Shown here piece by piece: positions 1 to 8,699 of a stretch of DNA of 64,000 bases. This stretch comes from Minisyncoccota bacterium (GTDB lineage: Bacteria; Patescibacteriota; Minisyncoccia; Phycocordibacterales; UBA6065), in assembly GCA_035546035.1 (NCBI GenBank), contig DASZXC010000001.1, forward strand, positions 19,538 through 83,537, written 5' to 3'. The translations under genes and the position numbers were made by a program. Numbering within the stretch: position 1 is the first letter of the stretch; each line of letters starts with the position of its first letter. The notes below the pieces were generated by a model, which was not told the origin of the DNA, made no database searches, and was given only the letters and a program-made list of their open reading frames with translations.

Positions 1-253
1 GTCTGAAAACGGAAAGGCGACATTGGTCGGAACTAAGACCTTCGGCAAGGGCTCCGTCCAGGAATTGGTCAACCTCACCCCTGACACGTCGCTCAAGGTC
101 ACCATCGCTAAATGGCTTACCCCGAACGGCAATTCGATATCCAAGCTCGGCATCACCCCCGACTATGTCGTAGAGCTCACCGATGCCGATATCAAGGCCA
201 ACCGCGACCCGCAGATGGACAAAGCCGTCGAGTTGCTTTCGAAGGAGCCATAG
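1..253 (+). CDS. C-terminal fragment of S41 carboxyl-terminal processing protease (5' end lies outside the window)
   Basis: Translation GTKTFGKGSVQELVNL matches the S41 peptidase catalytic-region motif TFGKGxVQ. The ORF is open to the window edge. Confidence 0.6.
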   Translation, partial: SENGKATLVGTKTFGKGSVQELVNLTPDTSLKVTIAKWLTPNGNSISKLGITPDYVVELTDADIKANRDPQMDKAVELLSKEP

Positions 254-291
254 GCTAACATCAAAGACCTAATACCAAACACAGCACGCAT

Positions 292-735
292 ATGAAGATA
301 GTACTCACCAAAGACGTAAAGGGCGTAGGGAAGAAGCACGACGTGAAGACCGTCGCCGACGGCTTCGCGTTGAACAGCCTCATTCCGCAGGGCGTAGCAG
401 AAGTCGCGACTGCCGGCGTCATGAAGCGCGTCGAGCTCGTCAAAAAGCAGGAAGCAGCGGAGAAAAAGGTCAAGGAAGACCTTCTCGCCAAAAACCTCAA
501 GTCCATCCACGACCAGGTCGTCGAAGTCGCCCTCGAGGCGAACGACAAGGGCCATCTCTTCGCCGGCCTTCATGCCGCCGAGATCGCTCCTTTGGTCAAA
601 GAGAAGACCGGCGTAGATATCCTCCCTGAATTCATCGTCCTCGATAAGCCTATCAAGGCGGTAGGGGAGCACGCCGTAGACATCAAAGTGCAGGGCAAAT
701 CAGCGACGTTCACATTGAAGGTCAGCGCGAAATAG
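292..735 (+). CDS. rplI: 50S ribosomal protein L9
   Basis: MKIVLTKDVKGVGKKHDVKTVADGFALNSLIPQG is the canonical L9 N-terminal domain; 147 aa. Confidence 0.9.
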   Translation: MKIVLTKDVKGVGKKHDVKTVADGFALNSLIPQGVAEVATAGVMKRVELVKKQEAAEKKVKEDLLAKNLKSIHDQVVEVALEANDKGHLFAGLHAAEIAPLVKEKTGVDILPEFIVLDKPIKAVGEHAVDIKVQGKSATFTLKVSAK

Positions 736-736
736 G

Positions 737-798
737 CCCCCGCATACAAATAAAAACACCCCGCCAAGCCCTGGGGTGTTTTTATTTGTATGCGGGGG
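737..798. terminator. Bidirectional intrinsic terminator, a long hairpin between convergent rplI and rpmA
   Basis: Perfect inverted repeat cccccgcatacaaataaaaacacccc / ggggtgtttttatttgtatgcggggg around the loop gccaagccct. A-tract on one side and T-tract on the other. The 42-nt core is identical to the copy at 26642-26683. Confidence 0.7.
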
Positions 799-808
799 CC
801 TCTCCCGG

Positions 809-1081
809 CTACTGAACGTGAACGACGTTCTTAACCTTCGTCCTGCCGTTGAAGCCGAGCATGCGCTTCGTGGAGTTCTTGATCCTGCCTTCGGCGGTAG
901 CGTAGATAGTGTAGTCCTTGCCGAGGGCCGTATTCTTGCCCGGAAGGGTATTGAGGCCCTCCTGGCGGATGATGATAGAGCCTACTTTAGCGACTTCGCC
1001 CGCGTAGAGCTTCACGCCGAGGTAGCGCGGGTTTGAATCGCGCCCGTTTTTTGTCGTTCCGGCTGATTTCTTTGTTGCCAT
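809..1081 (-). CDS. rpmA: 50S ribosomal protein L27
   Basis: MATKKSAGTTKNGRDSNPRYLGVKLYAGE...GKDYTIYA matches the L27 signature; 90 aa. Confidence 0.9.
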   Translation of the reverse strand: MATKKSAGTTKNGRDSNPRYLGVKLYAGEVAKVGSIIIRQEGLNTLPGKNTALGKDYTIYATAEGRIKNSTKRMLGFNGRTKVKNVVHVQ

Positions 1082-1174
1082 GGCTAAACTGGGATGTATT
1101 TACTAAGGCCATAAATATAGCCCAAGACCCCTTTTTAGTCAATACTAGGCCTAAAACAGGCCCGTCTTTCATGC

Positions 1175-1203
1175 TTGACAATCAGGTTTAGAGGTGCTAT
1201 AAT
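1175..1203 (+). promoter_or_regulatory. Consensus sigma-70-type promoter, TTGACA-17-TATAAT
   Basis: ttgaca at 1175-1180, 17-nt spacer, tataat at 1198-1203. It is oriented toward the plus-strand ORF at 1309. Confidence 0.55.
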
Positions 1204-1211
1204 AGACCTAC

Positions 1212-1242
1212 ATCAGAGTTCACCTCTGGTGATTTGTTTTTA
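1212..1242 (+). terminator. Possible leader attenuator hairpin with U-tract just downstream of the promoter
   Basis: atcagag-ttcac-ctctggt forms a 7-bp stem and is followed by gatttgttttt. It lies about 10 nt after the predicted start site and about 65 nt before the ORF. Confidence 0.3.
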
Positions 1243-1308
1243 AGGCTCTGCTTTCAAAGGCGCAAGCCGATAAGGCACTGAATTAAAGACTTTGAACCTA
1301 AACAACTT

Positions 1309-1740
1309 ATGATCGAGCTTACGACCAGCCTCCTCATGCTCGCTACCGCTTTCGTCTCGACGGGCGGCACGGCACCGGAAGCAACTACGACCGCTTCGAT
1401 CGAACGACCTCTCTCTACGCTCTCTACCGAAGCCTACGTCCGCGATTACTTCAAGGATACGCCTATACTGGCCGAAGTCGCGCGCTGCGAATCGACCTTC
1501 AGGCAGTTCGGCTCGGACGGCAACGTCATCAGGGGTAAGGTGAACAAAGACGACGTCGGCGTGATGCAGATCAACACCTATTATCACGAAGACACCGCCG
1601 AATCCCTCGGCCTCGACATCTACACCATTGACGGCAACCTTGCCTACGGCAAGCACCTCTACGAGAAGTTCGGCCTCGATCCATGGAAGAGCTCCTCGAA
1701 GTGCTGGAAGAAGTACCAGAAGGAGATCGCTCGAAGCTAA
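1309..1740 (+). CDS. Small secreted lytic transglycosylase-like (SLT/lysozyme-like) protein
   Basis: N-terminal hydrophobic segment, then CESTFRQF...GVMQIN...Y, which resembles the SLT family-1 catalytic Glu-Ser and the GLMQ(I/V) motif. GC3-rich codons support the plus-strand frame. Confidence 0.5.
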   Translation: MIELTTSLLMLATAFVSTGGTAPEATTTASIERPLSTLSTEAYVRDYFKDTPILAEVARCESTFRQFGSDGNVIRGKVNKDDVGVMQINTYYHEDTAESLGLDIYTIDGNLAYGKHLYEKFGLDPWKSSSKCWKKYQKEIARS

Positions 1741-1752
1741 GCGGCAAAACAG

Positions 1753-1789
1753 AAGCCCGCATATCCGATAAAGGATGTGCGGGCTTTTG
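1753..1789. terminator. Hairpin terminator between the convergent SLT-like gene and the methyltransferase gene
   Basis: aagcccgca...tgcgggctt stem followed by tttgg; the reverse strand also has a U-rich tail. Confidence 0.45.
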
Positions 1790-1793
1790 GCTA

Positions 1794-2423
1794 TCAGGGC
1801 CTTGTCGCCATCACGATGAAGTGATTGACCAGGCCCTGGCATTCGTGAGCGTATTTCATCTCCCTCTGTTCGCGGACGTCGACGATACGGAGGCTCGCAA
1901 GCCGCCGCTCGACGTCCACTCTCGAAGAGAAGGCGAGGTCAGACCAGAATTTCTTCACGAAATGGTCCGTCCCGATGAAGGTCGCGGCGAATACGCCGCC
2001 TGGAGCCAACGATCCGATGATGCGCCCGACGAGACTATCGAAGCCTTCGGTTCCATGGTACTGGAGCGAATGCTGAGCGAAGATCAGGTCGTATGGGCCG
2101 TCATCGAAACCGAAATCGCGGAAGAGGACCGGCTGGAGCATGAATCGGCCGAGGAACTCGTTCGCTAGAGCGGACGCATACGGCCTTACGGCCGTAGACG
2201 CGTCTACGGCGGTGACCGTGTCGGCGCCGTTCTCGAGGAAGAACCGGGCATCGGCGCAGGATCCAGGACCCAGCTCCAGAACGTGCGGGCACGGGCGCGT
2301 CCGCTTCGACAGGGCGAGGGAAGACCTGGCCAGGTCGGACGGAGGCTTGTTCCTGGTATTCCGGCAGTAGAGATGCCAATCTATGGACTCCGTCGGAGCC
2401 TTAGGAGCGGTCAGAGTATTCAT
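1794..2423 (-). CDS. Class I SAM-dependent methyltransferase
   Basis: VLELGPGSCADARFFLENGA looks like motif I (GxGxG) of a Rossmann-fold methyltransferase; 209 aa. Confidence 0.65.
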   Translation of the reverse strand: MNTLTAPKAPTESIDWHLYCRNTRNKPPSDLARSSLALSKRTRPCPHVLELGPGSCADARFFLENGADTVTAVDASTAVRPYASALANEFLGRFMLQPVLFRDFGFDDGPYDLIFAQHSLQYHGTEGFDSLVGRIIGSLAPGGVFAATFIGTDHFVKKFWSDLAFSSRVDVERRLASLRIVDVREQREMKYAHECQGLVNHFIVMATRP

Positions 2424-2576
2424 AGGCAGAAGAGGTTGTGGGGAGCTTTGAGGTTTCTAGACAAACTCTACACGAAGCGTGCCTTTATACAAGGCAGGGG
2501 GAATCTATATAGCCATGTCGCACAATATATCTTTTCGGCAATATGTATACAAATAAAGGATTCTTCGAGAATCTCG

Positions 2577-3242
2577 CTATGAGAACTGAACGGGCCTCTT
2601 CCATGCCCTATAGAGTTCGTTTAGATAGCTAAAGTTGTCGCCCTGGTTTACAAAAGCAAAAAGAGCAAAAGCATTCTCCTCTATCGTCTCTACCATGAGG
2701 TTTTTAATCGACTCCATTGCGGCAATATCGCGAAGATTGTATGTGATGACGTTTATGGAGAATTCTTCTAATGCGTTAAGCAGCTCGAGCTGGTGCGAGG
2801 CAACCTCTCTGTATACGCTCCTTTCCTTTCTATAGTGCTCGTAAGCTGACATGAAAGCCGTGTCTGATCTCAAGGCGGCAAAACCCTCTACGCTAAAATC
2901 ATACGCCGTTTTGGGCGTTATGTTACAGATAAGCGTCCTGCCGCCGGTACGAAGGGCGACTTCGAGATCGTTTGAGGTCCCTATGACCACTTCTCGATAG
3001 AATCTGATTTGAGACATAGCCATCTCAATCGTCTCTCGCGCTTTCCTTTGGGCGATGTCTTTATGCGTCATGAATACCTGGCTGAGACCTATGACGGCGC
3101 TGATCGCGATGAACGCATGAGAAAGAGACGCTACGATTTCCCATTCGATGTGCGAGCTTATGGCCGCGCCAAGCAGGATACCCGCTATCAGGGTGCAAAA
3201 AAGTCCAATTATTGTCTGAATAGTCGGTTCGACGTTCTGCAT
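2577..3242 (-). CDS. Hypothetical protein with an N-terminal 2-TM segment and a helical cytoplasmic domain, in a low-GC islet
   Basis: Two hydrophobic helices (IIGLFCTLIAGILLGAAI and FIAISAVIGLSQVFM), then about 150 aa with no recognisable motif. Local GC is about 48%, versus about 60% in the flanks. Confidence 0.45.
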   Translation of the reverse strand: MQNVEPTIQTIIGLFCTLIAGILLGAAISSHIEWEIVASLSHAFIAISAVIGLSQVFMTHKDIAQRKARETIEMAMSQIRFYREVVIGTSNDLEVALRTGGRTLICNITPKTAYDFSVEGFAALRSDTAFMSAYEHYRKERSVYREVASHQLELLNALEEFSINVITYNLRDIAAMESIKNLMVETIEENAFALFAFVNQGDNFSYLNELYRAWKRPVQFS

Positions 3243-3253
3243 TTTTGTGAAAG

Positions 3254-3568
3254 TTACTGTCCCAACGGTTGATATCCCTGATCGCCTGCATTCATCAGAC
3301 GTTGTCCGGCGCTCTGCAATTCGGTCGGAGCGCCCGCGTCTATGCGGCCCAGGTTATGCAAAAAGGCCTGCCAGAGGATGCCGAGGAAGATGTTGTTATA
3401 AAGATACAGGAGCGGTCCCTTTATATAGTTCCAGACGGTCGTAATGCCGCCCCATGCGTAATGGAGGTTGTTCTGGGTCAGCGGAGCGTCGATGATAGCG
3501 CGCAGATCGTAGCCGAAAAAGCTCAAAACGATGATCACGATGAGCGCAAGGATGACGTACTTGATCAT
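3254..3568 (-). CDS. Hypothetical small membrane protein
   Basis: N-terminal TM helix (ILALIVIIVLSFFGY), 104 aa, co-directional with and adjacent to the 2-TM gene. Confidence 0.4.
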   Translation of the reverse strand: MIKYVILALIVIIVLSFFGYDLRAIIDAPLTQNNLHYAWGGITTVWNYIKGPLLYLYNNIFLGILWQAFLHNLGRIDAGAPTELQSAGQRLMNAGDQGYQPLGQ

Positions 3569-3594
3569 GGCTAAATTATATCACGCCCTGCGCC

Positions 3595-4905
3595 CTAGAG
3601 CTTCGGCAGATATGCCATCGGGTCCAGATATGCGTTCGTCGGCGCAGCGACGGTCTTTATGCCTGCGCAGGTCTTTGACCCGAGGGCCGACGAGTCCACG
3701 ACGCGGATGCCTTCGCTCGCGTATACGCCGAAATGTAGGTGCGGGCCGGTGGCATAGCCGGTGTCGCCGCTATACCCGATCACATCCCCTGTTATGACCG
3801 TATCCCCCGGCTTTACCGATACGACCGACAGGTGGCCGTATATGGTCGAAAGGCCGTTCGGATGCCTGATGAGCACATATTTGCCGTACTGACAGCCGCT
3901 CTTGTATTTCAGAGGCTCCGTATCGGCGACGGTGCCCGACAATGCGGCCTTTACCGGAGTTCCGATAGAGGCGGCTAGGTCTATGCCGCCATGGGTGCCG
4001 GACACGTAAAGGCGCTTGGCCGCGACGGTCTTGCCGAAGTACTGGGTGATGCGGATGCTGTCCAAAGGCCAGGTCAGGATGCCGGCCTTGGCGTCGGGAA
4101 CCGCATTCGGGTCGAGCGTCACCTTCAATTGCGACTCATAGCTGAAGAGCTCCTTTTCATACGTCTCGCGCTCGGCGATCTTGTCCGCCAGTATCTTCTT
4201 GTATTCCGCCTCTTTGCCCGCCGTCGCAGTCAAAAGCTTGGACTTCTCGTCCTTCGTCGCCAGCACCGTCTGCTGCTGGCCTGCCAGATCCTTCTGGTAT
4301 GACTTCAATTTCGACTGCTCGCCCAATGCTTCGTCCTGCTTGGCATTCAAGAGCTCGTTCAGGTCGCTCAAGTCGTCATAGCGGTCTTTGACCTTGGTCC
4401 GGAGGCTCTGGACGGCGTTCACGTAGTCCCAGGTCGCCGAGATGTTCTTGTTGTTGAGCAGGTTCTCGATCGGCGACTGCGATTCGGCGAACGCGGTGTC
4501 GCGGATGGATTCGGCGATGGCTTTCGATGTCGCGGCGATCTTGATCTCCGTGTCCTCGATATCGTCGTCGAGCTGCTTCAGGGTCAGGCTGGTCTTCGAT
4601 ATCTTCTGGCTCGTCAGGGCCAAGTTCGTCTCAAGCTTCTTCTGGGTCAATTCGAGCGTCTTAAGGGCGCTTGAGAGCGTCTGGGCTTCCTTGGATGTCG
4701 AATTGAGGAGCGTCGAGTACTGGTCTATCTGCTTCTGGAGGTCCTGGATCTTCTGATTGTTCTCGGTGATCTTCGCGCGTATGTCGTCGGCAGAATCGGC
4801 TGCGGACGCGGGCGAAGCCGTCTCTATGCATAAGAACAAAAACGCGGCGCAGAACGCCACGGCGATGCTCGCGGTTTTTATATTACGGAAGCTGTGTTTT
4901 GGCAT
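3595..4905 (-). CDS. M23 family peptidase (LytM domain) with N-terminal signal/TM and a long coiled-coil, EnvC-like
   Basis: C-terminal GTHGGIDLAASIGTPV...GYSGDTGYATGPHLHFGVY contains the M23 HxxxD and HLH motifs. The Q/K/L-rich middle looks coiled-coil. Start is ATG at 4905 or TTG at 4941; either overlaps the gltX stop by 22-58 nt. Confidence 0.8.
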   Translation of the reverse strand: MPKHSFRNIKTASIAVAFCAAFLFLCIETASPASAADSADDIRAKITENNQKIQDLQKQIDQYSTLLNSTSKEAQTLSSALKTLELTQKKLETNLALTSQKISKTSLTLKQLDDDIEDTEIKIAATSKAIAESIRDTAFAESQSPIENLLNNKNISATWDYVNAVQSLRTKVKDRYDDLSDLNELLNAKQDEALGEQSKLKSYQKDLAGQQQTVLATKDEKSKLLTATAGKEAEYKKILADKIAERETYEKELFSYESQLKVTLDPNAVPDAKAGILTWPLDSIRITQYFGKTVAAKRLYVSGTHGGIDLAASIGTPVKAALSGTVADTEPLKYKSGCQYGKYVLIRHPNGLSTIYGHLSVVSVKPGDTVITGDVIGYSGDTGYATGPHLHFGVYASEGIRVVDSSALGSKTCAGIKTVAAPTNAYLDPMAYLPKL

Positions 4906-6355
4906 CGGCGCTCTTGCGTATAAGCCCCAGCGCCTCTTCAATACGTTTGAGGACGGCTTGTTTGCCTAATATCGAAGCGAGGGTGAAGGGGTTGGGCGAT
5001 CGGTCTTTTCCGGAAAGGGCATAGCGGAAGGGCCAGAGGACATTGCCCCTGCCCTCTTTCTCCGCATACGGCCATATCGCGGCCTTGATCCCCTCCTCAT
5101 TCCATTTCTTGTCGGGCAGAGAGGTCAGGGCCGCTTTTATGTAGTCGAGGTGCCTTGTCGCCGGCGCCAGGTCGGCATCGTCTTTCCATTTCAGCGATAA
5201 TGCGTCATACGTCGGCTCGGCGAAATAGTAATCGAGGTCCTGCGCATTTATGGACGCGTCTATGTCGCTGAACGCGCTCGCGCGCTCCATGAGTACAGGC
5301 GCGATCTTCTCCGCCATGGACGCCGTGATGTTCCAATGCAGGTCTTTGGCCCGATCGGACGATTCGACGCGCCGCTTTATCTCCGCCGCGAAAGCCGCCG
5401 GCGCCATGCGCTTTATATGCTCTTTATTGACCCAGCGGAGCTTCTCTTCGTTGAAGATCGCGCCGCCTTTCTGGACTTTCGACAGATCGAATGCTTTGAC
5501 GAGGCCGGCGCGGTCGAATATCTCCTGCTCGGTGCCCGGATTCCAGCCGAGGAGCGCCATGTAATTGAGGAGCGCGTCCGGCAGGTATCCGAGGTCGCGG
5601 TAATAGGTGATCGGCTTCGCTCCGTGGCGCTTAGAAAGCTTCGATCGGTCGTGGGCGAGGACGAGCGGCAGGTGCGCATACGTCGGCACAGGCGCGCCGA
5701 GAGCTTCTATGAGCAAAATCTGCCGCGGCGTATTCGAAATGTGGTCCTCGCCGCGCACCACGTGCGTTATGCCCATCAGATAGTCGTCGAGTATGACCGC
5801 GAAATGAAAGATAGGCTCCGTGACGCTCTTGGCGATGACGAAATCGCCGAGGTCGGTCGTGTCGAATTCGATGTCGCCCCTGATCAGGTCGTGGAAGCGG
5901 ACTTTTTTGTTCGGGTTTTTGAAGCGGATCACTGCGTTGCGCGGGCCGGGATTCTCGCTCTTGGCGGCGCGGGCGGTTTCGTTCTCGGCGCTTGAAACAT
6001 ACGCCTTCCCCTCCGCGATCAGTTTCTCCAGGTATTCGCGGTACAGCTCTCCCCTCTCTGACTGGCGGTACGTCGCGTCGTATTCGAGGCCGAGCCATGC
6101 CAGGCTTTCGATGATATTGTCCTCGTATTGTTTTTTCGATCGGGCCGCGTCGGTATCTTCGATGCGGAGTATGAACTTGCCGCCGTTCTGGCGGGCATAG
6201 AGGTATGAAAAGACCGCCGTGCGATAGTTGCCTGCGTGGAGAAGCCCCGTCGGCGAAGGCGCGAAGCGAGTGACTATTTTGGAGCCGTTCTTTGACCCAA
6301 AGCCGCCCTTGCATCCGAAATTAGCTCTGAAAAAGGCTCTGATTCCTGAGATCAT
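4883..6355 (-). CDS. gltX: Glutamyl-tRNA synthetase
   Basis: RFAPSPTGLLHAGNYRTAVF is the HIGH region and KLSKRHG is the KMSKS motif of class I GluRS. The exact start is uncertain (ATG at 6355 or 6373). Confidence 0.9.
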   Translation of the reverse strand: MISGIRAFFRANFGCKGGFGSKNGSKIVTRFAPSPTGLLHAGNYRTAVFSYLYARQNGGKFILRIEDTDAARSKKQYEDNIIESLAWLGLEYDATYRQSERGELYREYLEKLIAEGKAYVSSAENETARAAKSENPGPRNAVIRFKNPNKKVRFHDLIRGDIEFDTTDLGDFVIAKSVTEPIFHFAVILDDYLMGITHVVRGEDHISNTPRQILLIEALGAPVPTYAHLPLVLAHDRSKLSKRHGAKPITYYRDLGYLPDALLNYMALLGWNPGTEQEIFDRAGLVKAFDLSKVQKGGAIFNEEKLRWVNKEHIKRMAPAAFAAEIKRRVESSDRAKDLHWNITASMAEKIAPVLMERASAFSDIDASINAQDLDYYFAEPTYDALSLKWKDDADLAPATRHLDYIKAALTSLPDKKWNEEGIKAAIWPYAEKEGRGNVLWPFRYALSGKDRSPNPFTLASILGKQAVLKRIEEALGLIRKSADAKTQLP

Positions 6356-6423
6356 AGGCACATTATAGCACACCGCGGTGTCCGATCTGAGCTATTTTGG
6401 ACTGCGAAAACCGCCTCGCGAAC

Positions 6424-7551
6424 TTATTTGGAGTGCGTCAAAGCGATATCTATGATCTCGCGGGCGATCTTATCGGCCGCGTCGCGATGGGCGAACGATT
6501 CGGCGCCGGCGCGCATGGCGTCAGCGACTTCGGGCTTGTCTATGATGCGCTCGATCTCTGCCGCCAATACGTGCGGCGTCAGGTTCACCTCTTCTATGAC
6601 CGAACATCCTCCCGCCGCAGCATAGGCGAACGCGTTCGACGTCTGGTCGTGGCTGATCTCTTCCGGGATCGGAATGATGATCGCCGGCGCTTTCCAAAGC
6701 GCGATCTCGAATATGGTCGAGCCTGCGCGCGAGATGATCAGCGACGAAGCGCCTGCGGCCATGCGCAGCGCCAGCGCGTTCAGGTACGCGAACGGCTTGT
6801 ATCGGTCGCGGTGGATGCTTTCGTTCAGAATGACGCGCGACGTGTTGGTCATCTCGTCTATGTTGTCTTTACCCGTCTGGTGGATGACGTAATATCTTTT
6901 GACCAGATCAGGGAGGATGCCGATGATGGCCTCGTTTATCCTCTGCGAGCCCTGCGAGCCGCCCAAGATCAAAATCGTCGGAATGGTATCCTCGAGCTTC
7001 AGATATTCGCGGGCGCCTTCGCGGATTGGCTCGGCGATCTCCTTTCGCACCGGATTCCCGGTGAAAGCGACCTTGTCCGCGGGAAAATATGCGGCGGCTT
7101 CCTTGTACGACAGGGCGATTCTTTTCGCGAACTTCCCTGCCCACAGATTCACGCGGCCGGGGTGCGAATCCGATTCATGGATGACGACGGGAATGCCCAA
7201 GACGCGCGCGGCGAAAAGCACCGGGAACGACACATAGCCGCCCTTGCCGAAGACAACGTCGGGATATATCTGCCAGACGCGGGCGACGGCTTTCATGACG
7301 CCGACGGCGGTCTTGAGCGCGTCGGTGATATTCCAGAGCGAGAAATAGCGGCGCACTTTGCCCGCATACGAGCGCTCGAATATGATGCCGTTCTCGAACA
7401 GGGCGCGCTCGTCGTACTGCGACGGCGCCATGTAATACAAAGAAGCGTCGATGAGCTTCTCCGTCTTCGCTATCGCCCTGATTGACTGCGCTATGGCGAT
7501 GATGGGATAGAAATGCCCTCCCGTGCCGCCTCCCGTAAGCAGGATTTTCAT
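6424..7551 (-). CDS. murG: UDP-GlcNAc:undecaprenyl-PP-MurNAc-pentapeptide GlcNAc transferase
   Basis: MKILLTGGGTGGHFYP is the MurG N-terminal G-loop signature; 375 aa. Confidence 0.9.
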   Translation of the reverse strand: MKILLTGGGTGGHFYPIIAIAQSIRAIAKTEKLIDASLYYMAPSQYDERALFENGIIFERSYAGKVRRYFSLWNITDALKTAVGVMKAVARVWQIYPDVVFGKGGYVSFPVLFAARVLGIPVVIHESDSHPGRVNLWAGKFAKRIALSYKEAAAYFPADKVAFTGNPVRKEIAEPIREGAREYLKLEDTIPTILILGGSQGSQRINEAIIGILPDLVKRYYVIHQTGKDNIDEMTNTSRVILNESIHRDRYKPFAYLNALALRMAAGASSLIISRAGSTIFEIALWKAPAIIIPIPEEISHDQTSNAFAYAAAGGCSVIEEVNLTPHVLAAEIERIIDKPEVADAMRAGAESFAHRDAADKIAREIIDIALTHSK

Positions 7552-7583
7552 GGTTTTAGAATTGCGGTTATTTTATCACAGCT

Positions 7584-8687
7584 TTAGCGCCTCAAACGTG
7601 CCGTTCTCGAAATATTCAAAAGAATGCCGGATTCCGCCAACACGAACAGCAATGCGGTACCGCCCTGCGATACGAACAGCAGCGGCACGCCGGAGAGCGG
7701 CAAGACGCCCGCCATCGCGCCTATGTTCGTGAACGACTGGACGATGATGAACGTCGCTATGCCGACCGCCAACAGCGTGCCGAACTGGTTCTCCGCGGTC
7801 AGGGCGACTTTCAGCGTGCGCAGCGCGAAGAACACATAGAGGCCGAGCAATACCAGCCCGCCAATCAGGCCGAATTCTTCCGCCGCCACGGCGAATATCG
7901 AATCCCCCACCGGTTCAGGAAGATAGTTGAATTTCTGGATGCTCTGGCCGAAGCCGCGGCCGGCGATGCCCCCCGATCCTATGGCGATGAGCGACTGGTT
8001 GATCTGATATCCCGCCGCCTGGGTCGCGCCGCTCGGATCGAAGAACGTCTGTATGCGCGCCATGACGTACGGCCGCGAGAACGCCAGCAATGTCAGACCG
8101 ATCGCTCCCGCGGCGCCGAGAGACGCGATGTGCCGCCACTTGCCCCCTGCGGCGATGAACATGGCGACCAATGCCGAAGCGATGATCAGATACGTGTCGG
8201 TATCGGGCTGGAGGAGGCACAGGACCCCCGTCACGAAGAGCATGAAGCAGAGCGGAATGAATCCTTTTTTAAAATCGGACGCCTTGTCTTTGACGAAGGA
8301 AAGCCATGCGGCGAAATACATGACGGCTGCGATCTTCAGGACCTCTGATACCTGGAGCGAAAACGGGCCGATGATAAGCCATCGGACCGCGCCGCCGTGC
8401 CTTAATCCCAGGCCCGGTATGAAGATGGCGACGTTAAGGACGATGGCGAACAGGAAGAGCCAGAACGAGACTTTCCTCCAATGCATATGGTCTATGCGCG
8501 AAAACGCATAGAGGGCAAGGAGGCCCGGCACGAGTCCGAAAAATATTTGTTTAAAAGCGATCGAACCAAAATGGGCCGAGTCGCGCGCGAGGAGCCCGAG
8601 CGAGGCCGATAAGAATATAAGAAACCCGGCGACGATGAGGAGCCCGATCGCTACGAGGAGCCGCGTATCCATCCGATTCTTGCGCAT
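7584..8687 (-). CDS. ftsW: SEDS-family peptidoglycan glycosyltransferase FtsW/RodA
   Basis: 367-aa polytopic membrane protein with FtsW/RodA-like conserved blocks. Adjacent to murG, as in dcw clusters. Confidence 0.85.
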   Translation of the reverse strand: MRKNRMDTRLLVAIGLLIVAGFLIFLSASLGLLARDSAHFGSIAFKQIFFGLVPGLLALYAFSRIDHMHWRKVSFWLFLFAIVLNVAIFIPGLGLRHGGAVRWLIIGPFSLQVSEVLKIAAVMYFAAWLSFVKDKASDFKKGFIPLCFMLFVTGVLCLLQPDTDTYLIIASALVAMFIAAGGKWRHIASLGAAGAIGLTLLAFSRPYVMARIQTFFDPSGATQAAGYQINQSLIAIGSGGIAGRGFGQSIQKFNYLPEPVGDSIFAVAAEEFGLIGGLVLLGLYVFFALRTLKVALTAENQFGTLLAVGIATFIIVQSFTNIGAMAGVLPLSGVPLLFVSQGGTALLFVLAESGILLNISRTARLRR

Positions 8688-8699
8688 CTGCTCATGATA

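Noticed and set aside
1240-1842. 200-aa minus-strand ORF
   Set aside because: Antisense to the SLT-like gene and running through the promoter and terminator elements.
5336-6314. Several 200-230-aa ORFs on both strands inside gltX
   Set aside because: They overlap a well-supported GluRS gene, and their low-complexity RR/RP-rich translations are spurious.
6397-7485. 362-aa plus-strand ORF
   Set aside because: Antisense to murG and spurious.
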